From a virus (lineage: Duplodnaviria > Caudoviricetes): DNA of 55,716 nucleotides. Below are positions 44,050 through 52,921 of the stretch, piece by piece; positions within the stretch are counted from its first letter, which is position 1, and the number at the start of each line of letters is the position of its first letter. The stretch is taken from the IMG/VR virus record IMGVR_UViG_3300024265_000060, positions 1 to 55,716 of that record; one strand, 5' to 3'. Made by a program: the position numbers and the translations under genes. The notes beneath the pieces were generated by a model that was not told the origin of the DNA, did no database searches, and worked only from the letters and a program-made list of their open reading frames with translations.

Positions 44050-44281
44050 TTAAGGCTTCGCAAGTAACAAGGCTCGGCCATGGTGTTATCCGTGTAAGTC
44101 CGAGATGATTGCTTGCCGCCTTGAGGCTGCAATGGTGAGGCCACGTGGCTGTTGCAGACGAATACGTGGTTCGGTGGCGGTGAAGTTATTGTGTGAGGAC
44201 TCGCGGGTTCTCTTAGTAGCGTTACGGCGCTGCGCTTCGCCAGCGACACACTGGAGCCGAAGGTGTTCGGGCCGCCACTGA
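44050..44281 (+). ncRNA. candidate structured non-coding RNA
   Basis: Intergenic; stems CTTAAGGC/GCCTTGAG, CTGCAATGGT/GCTGTTGCAG and TCGGTGGCGG/CCGCCACTGA enclosing further hairpins. Confidence 0.5.
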
Positions 44282-44305
44282 TTCTTTTTCTTTGAGGAGG
44301 TTGGG

Positions 44306-44572
44306 ATGGCGCAGAGTGTGAAGGTTACAGGCACAGAAGTATCGAAGACGGTAAGCTGGACCGCTATCTGTACACATGGCGGCTTGACTGCGGCGAATGA
44401 CAAGCTTGGGCGCGAAGGATGCAGAAGAGTTCTGGCTACGTCAGACTATGCCCATTGCCTGGCAGAAGCTGTTCTCCACACCAAGAGCTACGAACACGAT
44501 ACGGCAGTTGCGGTTCAAGAGGTTACGGTCCACTGTATCGTGACTCCTTTGGAGAAATATAATGGAAAGTAA
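44306..44572 (+). CDS. small C2H2-like protein
   Basis: GAGGAGG RBS; C...C...HTKSYEH. Confidence 0.65.
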   Translation: MAQSVKVTGTEVSKTVSWTAICTHGGLTAANDKLGREGCRRVLATSDYAHCLAEAVLHTKSYEHDTAVAVQEVTVHCIVTPLEKYNGK

Positions 44573-44667
44573 CATCAAAGAGTTCGTCAAGGAGTTGTTG
44601 GCTGGAGCTTTGTTGGTGTTGCTTGGGTGGGTTTGGTATTGGGTGTTGGTTACTGTGGGAGGTTGAG

Positions 44668-44820
44668 ATGGCAGAGTCATTAATTATATTTGGAAGGTTA
44701 TTGCTATTTATCATTATCGTCTTAGGCATGAGTCTCGCTGAGCGCGGTAGTGTGCAACAGGTGCTGTGGGTTATAGCAATAATCTTAGTGTTGTTTCTTC
44801 CAGGAGGAGAGAAGAAATGA
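44668..44820 (+). CDS. small two-TM protein
   Basis: GGAGG RBS; hydrophobic. Confidence 0.55.
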   Translation: MAESLIIFGRLLLFIIIVLGMSLAERGSVQQVLWVIAIILVLFLPGGEKK

Positions 44821-44947
44821 GTAGAAAGAAAAAGCGCGGTGTTCCGTTGCCAAAGGGTTGGGCAAGGTTGTTGACGACGAAGTTGGCAATGGTGAGAGCG
44901 AAGCCGAAGAAGGCTGGGGCTGTGGTGATGGTTGCGAGGGTAAGATA

Positions 44948-45394
44948 ATGGTTGCGAAACAACTGTGTGCGCTTTGCTGCTGCGCCTTTCACCGAACGGT
45001 GGTTTCAGGAGTTTGTAGCTGCGGAAATGAGGGTGATTTAGGGGTGTGCTTTCATACGTCCCCCCTTAGAAAGGTGAAGGAGGCTGTCGAAATGCGTCGA
45101 TGCGGAGATGGCACTAGGTGTTGTTGCGATACGCTGCACACGTGTCCTCCAAAACCGAAACCAACACGGGAACATTATATTCTTGTGAAGAGGGATGACC
45201 CGCGAAGGGTGCTACACAAGTATTATAGTGCGAAGTGTTTAGATTGCAGCCAAGTACATACTTATACCTACGACTTCGTTACGCCAACTGCGTCAGAAGA
45301 GTGGGGTGTGAAGCATCTAGAGGCGTCTTCGCGGTGCAAGTTGGTTACAGTGAATGTGTCAACTGATGAATCGTTTTCTAAGGTGATAAAATGA
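44948..45394 (+). CDS. Cys-rich hypothetical protein
   Basis: Many Cys clusters; C-terminal CLDC...H. Confidence 0.55.
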   Translation: MVAKQLCALCCCAFHRTVVSGVCSCGNEGDLGVCFHTSPLRKVKEAVEMRRCGDGTRCCCDTLHTCPPKPKPTREHYILVKRDDPRRVLHKYYSAKCLDCSQVHTYTYDFVTPTASEEWGVKHLEASSRCKLVTVNVSTDESFSKVIK

Positions 45395-45617
45395 AGCTCA
45401 TGTGCGGAGTTGAAGTCTTGCTGGTCGTTGGTCTGTTTGGGCTTTGCAAGAAGGCGTATTGTTATGCTTGTAGAGTTTTTAGATAGCAAGATATCTGTTC
45501 GAGCAAGCTTTGTTCCAAGGGATATCAGGCTAGGAGTCTGGTGGTTTGGGACAGTGGAGAAGATTTTCGTTACGGTGAACTTCCCATTTTGGGAAGCTTT
45601 ATTTGTTTGGAGGAGAC

Positions 45618-46499
45618 GTGCGAAGTTACCCGAAGATTTTCGCGCTTGGACATAAAGCTGTCAAGGAGTTGCTTGATGGTGAGGTTGTTGTTCAAGAGAA
45701 GATTGATGGTAGTCAGTTTAGCTTTTGTTTGAAGAGTGGCAAGTTGGAGATGAGGAGCAAGGGGGCTGTTATTGATCCTGATGCGCCTCCAAGCTTGTTT
45801 AGCTCGGTGGTTGCAGGGATTAAAGAGATTCAGGATAAGCTGCATCCTGGTTGGAGTTATCGCGGGGAGCAGCTGAGTAAGCTGAAGCATAATACGATTG
45901 AGTATAAGAGGCTGCCAAAGCGGCATTTTGTGTTGTTTGACGTGGATACAGGAATGGAGGATTTCTTGACTCCACGAGAAATGCATGTTGAAGCGGAGCG
46001 GCTTGGGGTGTCGAGGGTTGCTTTGCTTGGGCAGTTTCCGGGGAAGATGTTGACGGAGAAGTTGATTGGAGAAATGATTGATGGGCCAAGTACGCTTGGT
46101 GGAGTTATTGAAGGGATTGTCATTAAGGCTTATGGGCGGTTTGGGGAAGATAAGAAAACGCTCATGGGGAAGTTTGTGAAGGAAGAGTTTAAGGAGGCTC
46201 ATAGGGCTGCTTGGAGTAAGACGAACCCGAGTGGGAAAGATGTTGTTCAGAAGTTGATTGAGGGGTTGAGGACTGAAGCTAGGTGGGAAAAGGCTGTTCA
46301 GCATCTTAGGGATGGTGGGTTCCTAGTAGATGAGCCAAAAGACATAGGGTTGCTGTTCAAAGAGGTCAATAGGGACGTTCTTGAGGAAGAAAAGAGCGAG
46401 ATCGAGGTGGTCTTGTTTAAGTGGGCTTGGAAAGATGTTTCAAGGGGGATTACGGCTGGGCTTGCTGAGTGGTATAAACGAGAGTTGATGAAGAGGTAA
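45618..46499 (+). CDS. ATP-dependent RNA ligase (Rnl2-like)
   Basis: YPKI, motif I EKIDGSQF, GE, FVLFDV, motif IV EGIVIK and motif V GKFVKEEFKE; GGAGGAG RBS before GTG. Confidence 0.88.
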   Translation: MRSYPKIFALGHKAVKELLDGEVVVQEKIDGSQFSFCLKSGKLEMRSKGAVIDPDAPPSLFSSVVAGIKEIQDKLHPGWSYRGEQLSKLKHNTIEYKRLPKRHFVLFDVDTGMEDFLTPREMHVEAERLGVSRVALLGQFPGKMLTEKLIGEMIDGPSTLGGVIEGIVIKAYGRFGEDKKTLMGKFVKEEFKEAHRAAWSKTNPSGKDVVQKLIEGLRTEARWEKAVQHLRDGGFLVDEPKDIGLLFKEVNRDVLEEEKSEIEVVLFKWAWKDVSRGITAGLAEWYKRELMKR

Positions 46500-46503
46500 G
46501 TTG

Positions 46504-46788
46504 ATGAGGGTTTTCTGCAAAAAGCCTCCGAAGATTGGGGAAACAGTGGTTTGGTTTGATTATGGACAGTCTTCCCAGGACGATTTTAAGCCTACTATGG
46601 AAACCAGAAAACTGCTTCTTGGCGTAGCCATGGATGTAGAAGGGCCTGAGAAATATGTAAAGATTATGGTAACAGAAGGATCGCCAAATATTGACAATGC
46701 ATACGTACCTGGAAGTGTTGTGTACTTATTCTGGGATGTATCGCTTCGAACAATCAAGGAGGTGGAAGATGCTAACGATGCCACATGA
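46504..46788 (+). CDS. paralogue 1 of the CxxxPKxGD family
   Basis: MRVFCKKPPKIGETVV. Confidence 0.7.
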   Translation: MRVFCKKPPKIGETVVWFDYGQSSQDDFKPTMETRKLLLGVAMDVEGPEKYVKIMVTEGSPNIDNAYVPGSVVYLFWDVSLRTIKEVEDANDAT

Positions 46789-46977
46789 AGTAAAGTTGGA
46801 AAGAGGTTGTTCGAAGATGGAAAAGATGGGAAGTGGGAAGACGGCTAGGAAGCGGGCTTCGAAGCATAAAAAGCCCGCTAGGTGTCTTTGTGGGAGAGTT
46901 TTAGAGTGTTGCCAAGTGGCAATAGGAAATAGTATGTGTCAGTGCGGAGAGTTTAAGGGGCATTGCGGGGTGAATTG

Positions 46978-47181
46978 ATGAGAGAGGTTTTTTGTAGAAA
47001 GTTTCCAAAGGTTGGTGACACGGTTGTTTTGGACTGTGATGACCTTTACTTTAGGAGAACTGTAAGAGAGGTGGATGGAGCTAGGAGAAATTTATTGCTT
47101 AGTGGCCTGCTTATGTGGTCCAGTTGGAATGATACTTGGAATGGTGTGCGAATGCAGAAAGTTGTCTTGGTCAAAGATTAG
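46978..47181 (+). CDS. paralogue 2 of the CxxxPKxGD family
   Basis: MREVFCRKFPKVGDTVV. Confidence 0.7.
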   Translation: MREVFCRKFPKVGDTVVLDCDDLYFRRTVREVDGARRNLLLSGLLMWSSWNDTWNGVRMQKVVLVKD

Positions 47182-47312
47182 TCCATCTAGGATAATACAG
47201 TGGCCCGTAAGTGAGCTAGTAGAGGCTCAAATGGTTCTTATGTCGGCCCATAGATGGGCAAGGCAACAGGTAATTAAGGAAGCAGCTTGCGGGTTGAGGC
47301 GAGCGGACTTTT

Positions 47313-47472
47313 AGACTTCCGAAACGAGTCTCTCGGCCTGTTGCCGACTGAATGAGTGGCCGGGATATCGGCCTTTTGGCGAACCTAGTCCGTCTCGGAT
47401 CGCCGAGGATCTTCGGATCTGGAGTTTTCATGAGCGGTAACGTCTTTGCTGAAAGCACCGGCCCGGCCACTC
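47313..47472 (+). ncRNA. candidate structured RNA element
   Basis: Intergenic; 11-bp perfect stem GAGTGGCCGGG/CCCGGCCACTC closes a multiloop that includes a cUUCGg hairpin. Confidence 0.5.
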
Positions 47473-47493
47473 TAAGTTTTCTTTGGAGGAAAG

Positions 47494-47733
47494 ATGCGAG
47501 AAGTTTTTTGTAAGAGATTTCCAAAGGTCGGTGATGAAGTTGTTTCGTTGGTGTGGCGGCTAGGTAGAGAGCGAGTTTGGTCGAGGGCGAGGGTTGTTGA
47601 GGTTGCGCCTCTAACGTCGCTACTGGTACGGTTGACACCAAACGGTTCTGAACTGTACGCAGTAGACCACGGACAACAGGTTTTCTGGTGGCGTTGGGGA
47701 GCCACTATGAGAATCGTGAAGAGGGTGGAATAA
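47494..47733 (+). CDS. paralogue 3 of the CxxxPKxGD family
   Basis: GGAGG RBS; MREVFCKRFPKVGDEVV. Confidence 0.75.
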   Translation: MREVFCKRFPKVGDEVVSLVWRLGRERVWSRARVVEVAPLTSLLVRLTPNGSELYAVDHGQQVFWWRWGATMRIVKRVE

Positions 47734-47972
47734 TGGCGAAGAAGCTTATTCTTTGCAGGTCGGAGAAGCGGTGGAAAGCGTTGAAAGCTGGAGACTTGGT
47801 TGGGTGCTCAAGACAAGGAATGTCGATATCAACGCTTTCTGGTCAACAACATGATGGGTTTATCTCTTTTAGAATTTCTGATATTCACGGTAATGTTTAT
47901 GATATTGAAGGCAGAGCAATGTTGAGATGTCCTCTATGTGGCGTTCCAGTAGAGATAGATGTGGCTGAGTAA
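47733..47972 (+). CDS. hypothetical protein with C-terminal CPLCG
   Basis: TAATG-coupled; LKAGDLV resembles the paralogue family. Confidence 0.6.
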   Translation: MAKKLILCRSEKRWKALKAGDLVGCSRQGMSISTLSGQQHDGFISFRISDIHGNVYDIEGRAMLRCPLCGVPVEIDVAE

Positions 47973-47973
47973 G

Positions 47974-48492
47974 TTACATGCAAATAGCGTTCCAATGAGG
48001 AGCATTAGGGGGTCGAAGTTTTTCGCCGCAACAACCAATAAACGTTGTGGTTATGGTTGCCCAGTCTTTTTCTGAGATGGAAGAGAATTTGGACGGAAAG
48101 CGGCGACCGGCGAGTTCTGAAAGGTGATCGTTTACTGAGCGAAAGTCTCCACCGTTGCTGTGGCAGCGACGTTCGTGTCTAGAGACTTGGAGTGGCCAGT
48201 GGCGAGGCAATAGGACCATATGGTGATGTTGCCAGGATGGTTCGGAGCGGAGAAGCCAGTTCAAGAACCAGCGACCACCATTGTCGATAGCTGCAGGACG
48301 CGCTGGGTGCCCTTCTAAGAGCAGGAAATCGACAATGGATAGGTCAGTAGGCTCAAGAGGAGTTTTATCGACGTAGGCGGCTACAGCGTCGTTCAGGATG
48401 GCATTCATAGGACGGCCTTGGACCTCTGATAGGCGCTTGACGATGTTGGCCAAATCTGCGTTGACCATTAGGAGCATACGGACTTTAGCCAT
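47974..48492 (-). CDS. ribbon-helix-helix domain protein with C-terminal extension
   Basis: N-terminal MLLMVNADLANIVKRLSEVQGRPMNAILNDAVAAYV has an RHH pattern. Confidence 0.65.
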   Translation of the reverse strand: MAKVRMLLMVNADLANIVKRLSEVQGRPMNAILNDAVAAYVDKTPLEPTDLSIVDFLLLEGHPARPAAIDNGGRWFLNWLLRSEPSWQHHHMVLLPRHWPLQVSRHERRCHSNGGDFRSVNDHLSELAGRRFPSKFSSISEKDWATITTTFIGCCGEKLRPPNAPHWNAICM

Positions 48493-48637
48493 TTTGGGCT
48501 TTTTCCCGTTCAATTCCTTCGTTTATGTAACGACGGACAAGGGCTGAACGGGTGACGTGTTGCTCTTCGGCGATCTTGTCGAGGAGCTGAATGGTGAACT
48601 GTTCGAAGTTGACTAGAATGCCCGCTGTGAATCTCAT
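48485..48637 (-). CDS. CopG-like ribbon-helix-helix regulator (50 aa)
   Basis: Read manually: MRFTAGILVNFEQFTIQLLDKIAEEQHVTRSALVRRYINEGIERE; AAGGAG RBS. Confidence 0.75.
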   Translation of the reverse strand: MRFTAGILVNFEQFTIQLLDKIAEEQHVTRSALVRRYINEGIEREKAQNG

Positions 48638-48662
48638 TGGGTTTTCTCCTTTTTAGGGGGCT

Positions 48663-48674
48663 AGTATAGCATAC
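48663..48674 (-). promoter_or_regulatory. putative extended -10 promoter (GTATGCTATACT) for the RHH pair
   Basis: TGnTATACT just upstream of the RBS. Confidence 0.45.
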
Positions 48675-49136
48675 AAAGTTTTATGACTATCTCGAAATTG
48701 TGTGTGACCACAACATTCTCAAATCGAAAAAAACTGGCCTTAAAGTGTTGCTATAAAGAGGGTTAGTGTGAAAAATGGTGCTAGTTGTAAAAACTTCTCT
48801 CTCTATAGGCCACAGTGAACCCCCCCACTCTTTTAACATATATAGAAATGGGGGTTGAGGAAGACTTGGTTTTGGGGGCTGTTTTTAGGGGTGATTATAT
48901 GTTATTGTCTTATACATAATAAAGGTGGGTGGGTTACAAGTGGCAGTATAGTCTAGGTAAAAAGGAGAAATGATTAAGAATTCGAGATAAGTTAAGTTTT
49001 CGCAATGGTTTAGATCCGGTTTTGCGTAGTAGCATGAATTGTGTGTCTACACGACGTTTCGGTATAGATGTAAGGGTTAATATGTGTTAAATGTCTAATG
49101 TAACCTATTCAAAACAGAAAGGAGGTGATAGGCTAA

Positions 49137-49568
49137 ATGAAAGAAGGCAACATTCTCGTCGTGAAGAACGACGGGTCAGTTCCTTCGAGATTCCGGAATC
49201 TCTTGGCGGGAACGCTTTGGAAGATGAAGGAAGATCGGGGAGGTGGAAGGATTACCGTGATGGACAAGAATTTCGCAGGCATTCGCACCAATTCGCGGTA
49301 CTTCGATGTGGTTGATGAACGGACGTTCGATCAGCTAACGGTCAATGGCGGTGAGACGGATATGTTTTTCCGGCTGATTGCTATTGAAGATGTTGGACCG
49401 GACACTGAGTTTCCGACTCCGCCTGGGTTTACCACGATCCAGGTGAATGGAGATTCGGTGGACGTTGCGACGGGGCTTGTGGGGAGCTTGAGTGCTCATA
49501 AGCCGGAGAAGTTGGTTCAGCGGAAGTTGGCAGGGGCTAACCACAGTTCTGCCAGTTGTTGCGGGTAG
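49137..49568 (+). CDS. hypothetical protein upstream of the amidoligase
   Basis: AAGGAGGT RBS, 143 aa. Confidence 0.7.
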   Translation: MKEGNILVVKNDGSVPSRFRNLLAGTLWKMKEDRGGGRITVMDKNFAGIRTNSRYFDVVDERTFDQLTVNGGETDMFFRLIAIEDVGPDTEFPTPPGFTTIQVNGDSVDVATGLVGSLSAHKPEKLVQRKLAGANHSSASCCG

Positions 49569-49646
49569 GTTTTTTCTGGGGGGAAAGGGGACAAATTGGG
49601 GACAAGTAATAGTTTGTCCCCTTTCCCTCTTGGAGGAGGTGAGAGG

Positions 49647-50693
49647 TTGAAAGGCGTTTGTAGCTGTGCACTTTGTAATACGAGGCAAAAGCCGACAGGC
49701 GTGATTACCCCTAGGATTGAACGGATGCGGGGGTATGAGATTGAGCTGACGAGGAGCATTGATGCAGGGATGGGGGACTGTAGCAGCCATTTCAAGTTTT
49801 GTGATAAAGGAGACGGGTGTTCGCTGCTGCAACCGAAGGATAGGGATTTCTGTGGATGCGAGTCGTGCAATGCGGAGAAGAAGGTTAAGGAGGGTGGGGC
49901 TCGAAAGTGTCCTGGACATTCGTGTGCAGAAAGAGGTACTTCGCAGTATTTGACAGAAATTGTCAAGAATAGCGTTGAGTTCCATGAGGTGCAGGGGGAT
50001 TTTTCGCAGCACAGAAGGACGCCGAGAGATAATGAATTCTGGGATCTCAAGACGGACAGTTCTTGTGGGTATGAGATTGCAACTCCGCCACTTACAGGGG
50101 GGGTTGTGGAGAAGGTTGTTGGGCCGGTTGTTAAAGCGTTGCAAGCGGAAGCGGAGTTGCATAAGATCGAGTTTGTTGGAAACGCTTGTGGCTTGCATGT
50201 GACATTTGATGTTCAGGATGTGGGGGCGAGAGGGATTAAGCAGGTTGTGTTTACGATGCTGAGGCATCAGGCGGCATTGGTGGGGACACAAGCGGGCTAT
50301 CGGAGGGGGAACGAAGCGTGCCCGTTTCTTCAGAATGGAAAAGATACGAGAAGAGAAGTAGCGACGGTGCCAAATATCAAGCGGCAGTTGCCGGGGAGGA
50401 TCAATAATCGGGGCGTGATGAACTTGTCGAAAGTTCAGCATGGGAGTGATTTGATTGAGTTCAGGTATGGCGGGGCGAGTCTTGATATTAAGGAGATTGC
50501 CGCGTTTGGGGTGTTGAATGAGTGTTTGATTCAGGCGAGCTTGCATAGGCCGGAAATTTGCATTACGAACAACAGGAAAAGGAGGCTGTTTGAGGAGATT
50601 GTGAAGCCTTATATAGGGGATAAGAGAGTGGAGGAGGCTTGGGAAGCGGTTTTGGAGCCTAGGCTGAAGGAATCAACGTTAGGGAGGGTTTAA
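49647..50693 (+). CDS. putative amidoligase (Amidoligase_2 / COOH-NH2 ligase)
   Basis: GYEIEL, WDLKTDSSCGYEIATPPL, CGLHV and IEFR motifs; start uncertain. Confidence 0.85.
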   Translation: MKGVCSCALCNTRQKPTGVITPRIERMRGYEIELTRSIDAGMGDCSSHFKFCDKGDGCSLLQPKDRDFCGCESCNAEKKVKEGGARKCPGHSCAERGTSQYLTEIVKNSVEFHEVQGDFSQHRRTPRDNEFWDLKTDSSCGYEIATPPLTGGVVEKVVGPVVKALQAEAELHKIEFVGNACGLHVTFDVQDVGARGIKQVVFTMLRHQAALVGTQAGYRRGNEACPFLQNGKDTRREVATVPNIKRQLPGRINNRGVMNLSKVQHGSDLIEFRYGGASLDIKEIAAFGVLNECLIQASLHRPEICITNNRKRRLFEEIVKPYIGDKRVEEAWEAVLEPRLKESTLGRV

Positions 50694-50706
50694 GGAGGGT
50701 TGAGAT

Positions 50707-51447
50707 TTGTGTAGAATTGCATTTTTCCCACCCAGGACGGATGTTAAAGATCCGCTGGTGATGCCACATCTCGGGTATTTAGTGGAGTATCAAGGTGGGG
50801 ACGGGGCGGGGATTGGAACCTGGAGTGGTGATAAGCAGGTGATGATCAAAGGGATGCAGCATGATGGGAAGTCGCTTGGGCGCATCCTGAAGAAAAGAGG
50901 GAATGAGACCGGGTGGTTGTTTCATGCTAGACTTGCAAGTGTTGGGCCGAAGGTGAATGAGTTGACACAGCCGATGAGTGCCGGGGATGAGCTGTTTGTG
51001 CATAACGGGCATTGGAGTGGTTGGGATAACTTGTATTGGCCGATGCTTATGCAAGGAAAGATTGATGTTAAGGAGAATGTTAGCGATTCTTTAATAATGT
51101 CAAGGATGATTGAAGCGACAGGGAGAGAGCTGTTGCAGAGGATGGCGAGTGGGGTTTTTGTGACGTTCCGTAAAGGGGCGGATCATGCGGTTTTGACGTT
51201 GCAAAGTGGAGCGTTTGCGTATAGTAGCTTGCCGGGTGGTGGGTTTGTTTATTCTAGTTCGTTTCCGGAAACTTGGCCGATGAAGGTTTATGAGTTCAAG
51301 TCGGGGACAGTGGCGAAATTGGGGGATATGGGGCCGGAGATTGTCTTTGGTGGGGAACCGTTCGAGACGAAGGGAACGTTTTCGTCTAAGGGTGGGTCAA
51401 GGAGTTGGCAAGGACATGCTGGGGTTCCGGCTCACTACATGCATTAG
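50707..51447 (+). CDS. class II (Ntn) glutamine amidotransferase
   Basis: N-terminal Cys (MCRI), DGAGI, HARLAS, HNG and VSDS motifs. Confidence 0.88.
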   Translation: MCRIAFFPPRTDVKDPLVMPHLGYLVEYQGGDGAGIGTWSGDKQVMIKGMQHDGKSLGRILKKRGNETGWLFHARLASVGPKVNELTQPMSAGDELFVHNGHWSGWDNLYWPMLMQGKIDVKENVSDSLIMSRMIEATGRELLQRMASGVFVTFRKGADHAVLTLQSGAFAYSSLPGGGFVYSSSFPETWPMKVYEFKSGTVAKLGDMGPEIVFGGEPFETKGTFSSKGGSRSWQGHAGVPAHYMH

Positions 51448-51456
51448 GAGGAAAAG

Positions 51457-51765
51457 GTGCAAACAGTCGTGCTTGAGGAGCTAGTGTCGGGGAATTTGAG
51501 GCCGAGGCGGATTTACGAGAAAACATGGCGAGCAAGTGGATGTGGGAGGATGTTGACGAATATCAAGGATGACCAGAAAGTAGTGTTTGTTACGCCGGGG
51601 TCTGTGTTGATGACGACCGATGAAGGGATAGGGAAGGCTGCGAAGCAGTTAGGGATTGTTGTGCATAAGATGGAGAAATTGGATAGGAAAACATTGAACA
51701 AGGAGCTGGAATTTGCTCCTTCGATGGGATTACGGCGTGCGATAAGGTGGACAATTGGGAGATAG
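51457..51765 (+). CDS. hypothetical protein
   Basis: AGGAGG RBS + GTG. Confidence 0.6.
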   Translation: MQTVVLEELVSGNLRPRRIYEKTWRASGCGRMLTNIKDDQKVVFVTPGSVLMTTDEGIGKAAKQLGIVVHKMEKLDRKTLNKELEFAPSMGLRRAIRWTIGR

Positions 51766-52085
51766 AGGTGAGGGCTGCATTTAGGAAGAAACGAGGAGTA
51801 TCGAGTGTTGAGGTAGTTTTAAGACAGACGGTTGCGGGGTTTTCGGGAAATTGCAGGAAGTGTAAGAGGAATGATAAGAAAGATTTTCGCCTTGATAAAC
51901 CGAAAGCTTTTATAAAGCATTTGAGCAAACATGTTGAGAACGGGGATCATGTGCAACCGGTGGTTATTGGAGCGATTTTGGGTGCGGTGTTGAATGAGGG
52001 GGTTTTTGTGCCTTCCTATCAGTTTGATGTGGGTGAGTTGGAAGACATTATAGAGTTTAGATATGATTCTCTTGATGATGAATAA
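51747..52085 (+). CDS. C2H2-like hypothetical protein
   Basis: CRKC...HVENGDH. Confidence 0.6.
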   Translation: MDNWEIEVRAAFRKKRGVSSVEVVLRQTVAGFSGNCRKCKRNDKKDFRLDKPKAFIKHLSKHVENGDHVQPVVIGAILGAVLNEGVFVPSYQFDVGELEDIIEFRYDSLDDE

Positions 52086-52482
52086 AAATGAGCAATTTAC
52101 GGCTTGGGCTGCCGGTGTTGCTGATGTGAGGATGTCGGTGCGGCCGGTGAGGTTTGGGAATAAGCAACCTGGGTATTCGATTGCTGTTGTACTTTATGGG
52201 GTGTCGGTAGCGATAGCGAAAGCCTGGGGAACGGTAATGGAGACCAGGTTGACAAGGACAACATGCAAGAGGAATAAGACGTTGGAATGGAGAGTTCCAG
52301 CGAAGGATCATGAAAGGGTTTTGAAGAGGTTGTTGCCGTTTATGCAGAATGATGCGGATGTGAGGAGGGGGCTGGAGTTTAGAAGGTTGAGGAGGGGCGA
52401 TATTGGCAGGAAGGGGGCAATTTTCACACTGTGGCGAGCGGTGAGGAAAAGGAGTAAAGGTGAAGGTTACAAGAAAGTTTAG
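52075..52482 (+). CDS. degenerate single-motif LAGLIDADG-fold protein
   Basis: AWAAGVAD helix, then YSIAV, WG, EWRV and LKRLLPFM pattern; acidic catalytic residue missing. Confidence 0.6.
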   Translation: MMNKNEQFTAWAAGVADVRMSVRPVRFGNKQPGYSIAVVLYGVSVAIAKAWGTVMETRLTRTTCKRNKTLEWRVPAKDHERVLKRLLPFMQNDADVRRGLEFRRLRRGDIGRKGAIFTLWRAVRKRSKGEGYKKV

Positions 52483-52921
52483 CCCAAAGGGGTGTTGGTG
52501 TTGTGGGGTTACGCATGGAGATGTAGATATAGAGGATGTTGATGGTGTGATGTGGTGTTTGTCGTGCTTGATTGGTGAGCATCCGGAGTGGGAGGTTGGG
52601 TATGATGTTTTTGATATCGTGGCGAAGTGTGGAAGTGGGAAGTGTGGACGAGTTTTGTCTATGTACAGGCTTAAGAGGTTTGAGCTTGCGGAGTTGCTGA
52701 CAACAGATGATTGGAAAAAATGTGACGTGTGTGGGGAGGATGCGATGGACTTGGAGGTTTGTCCGGTTTATCCGCACACAGTTGCACAGGAGTCAAGGAT
52801 GGGGAAGCGGAAAGTTACGGGGTATTTGGAGCCTGAGAAAAAGAAACCGGAGCCGATTCCGGTGAAGGAGCTGAGGGATGGCGAAGTGGGTGGAGTGCAA
52901 GAGGTTTCCGAAACAGGGTGA
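52460..52921 (+). CDS. multi-CxxC zinc-binding protein
   Basis: CWCC, CLSC, CGSGKC and CDVC motifs. Confidence 0.6.
   Translation: MKVTRKFSPKGCWCCGVTHGDVDIEDVDGVMWCLSCLIGEHPEWEVGYDVFDIVAKCGSGKCGRVLSMYRLKRFELAELLTTDDWKKCDVCGEDAMDLEVCPVYPHTVAQESRMGKRKVTGYLEPEKKKPEPIPVKELRDGEVGGVQEVSETG

Noticed and set aside
47319-47357. Hammerhead-like words CGAAAC and CTGAATGAG
   Set aside because: Stem III is followed by GGC rather than the required NUH, the core has an extra base, and no stem II pairing was found.
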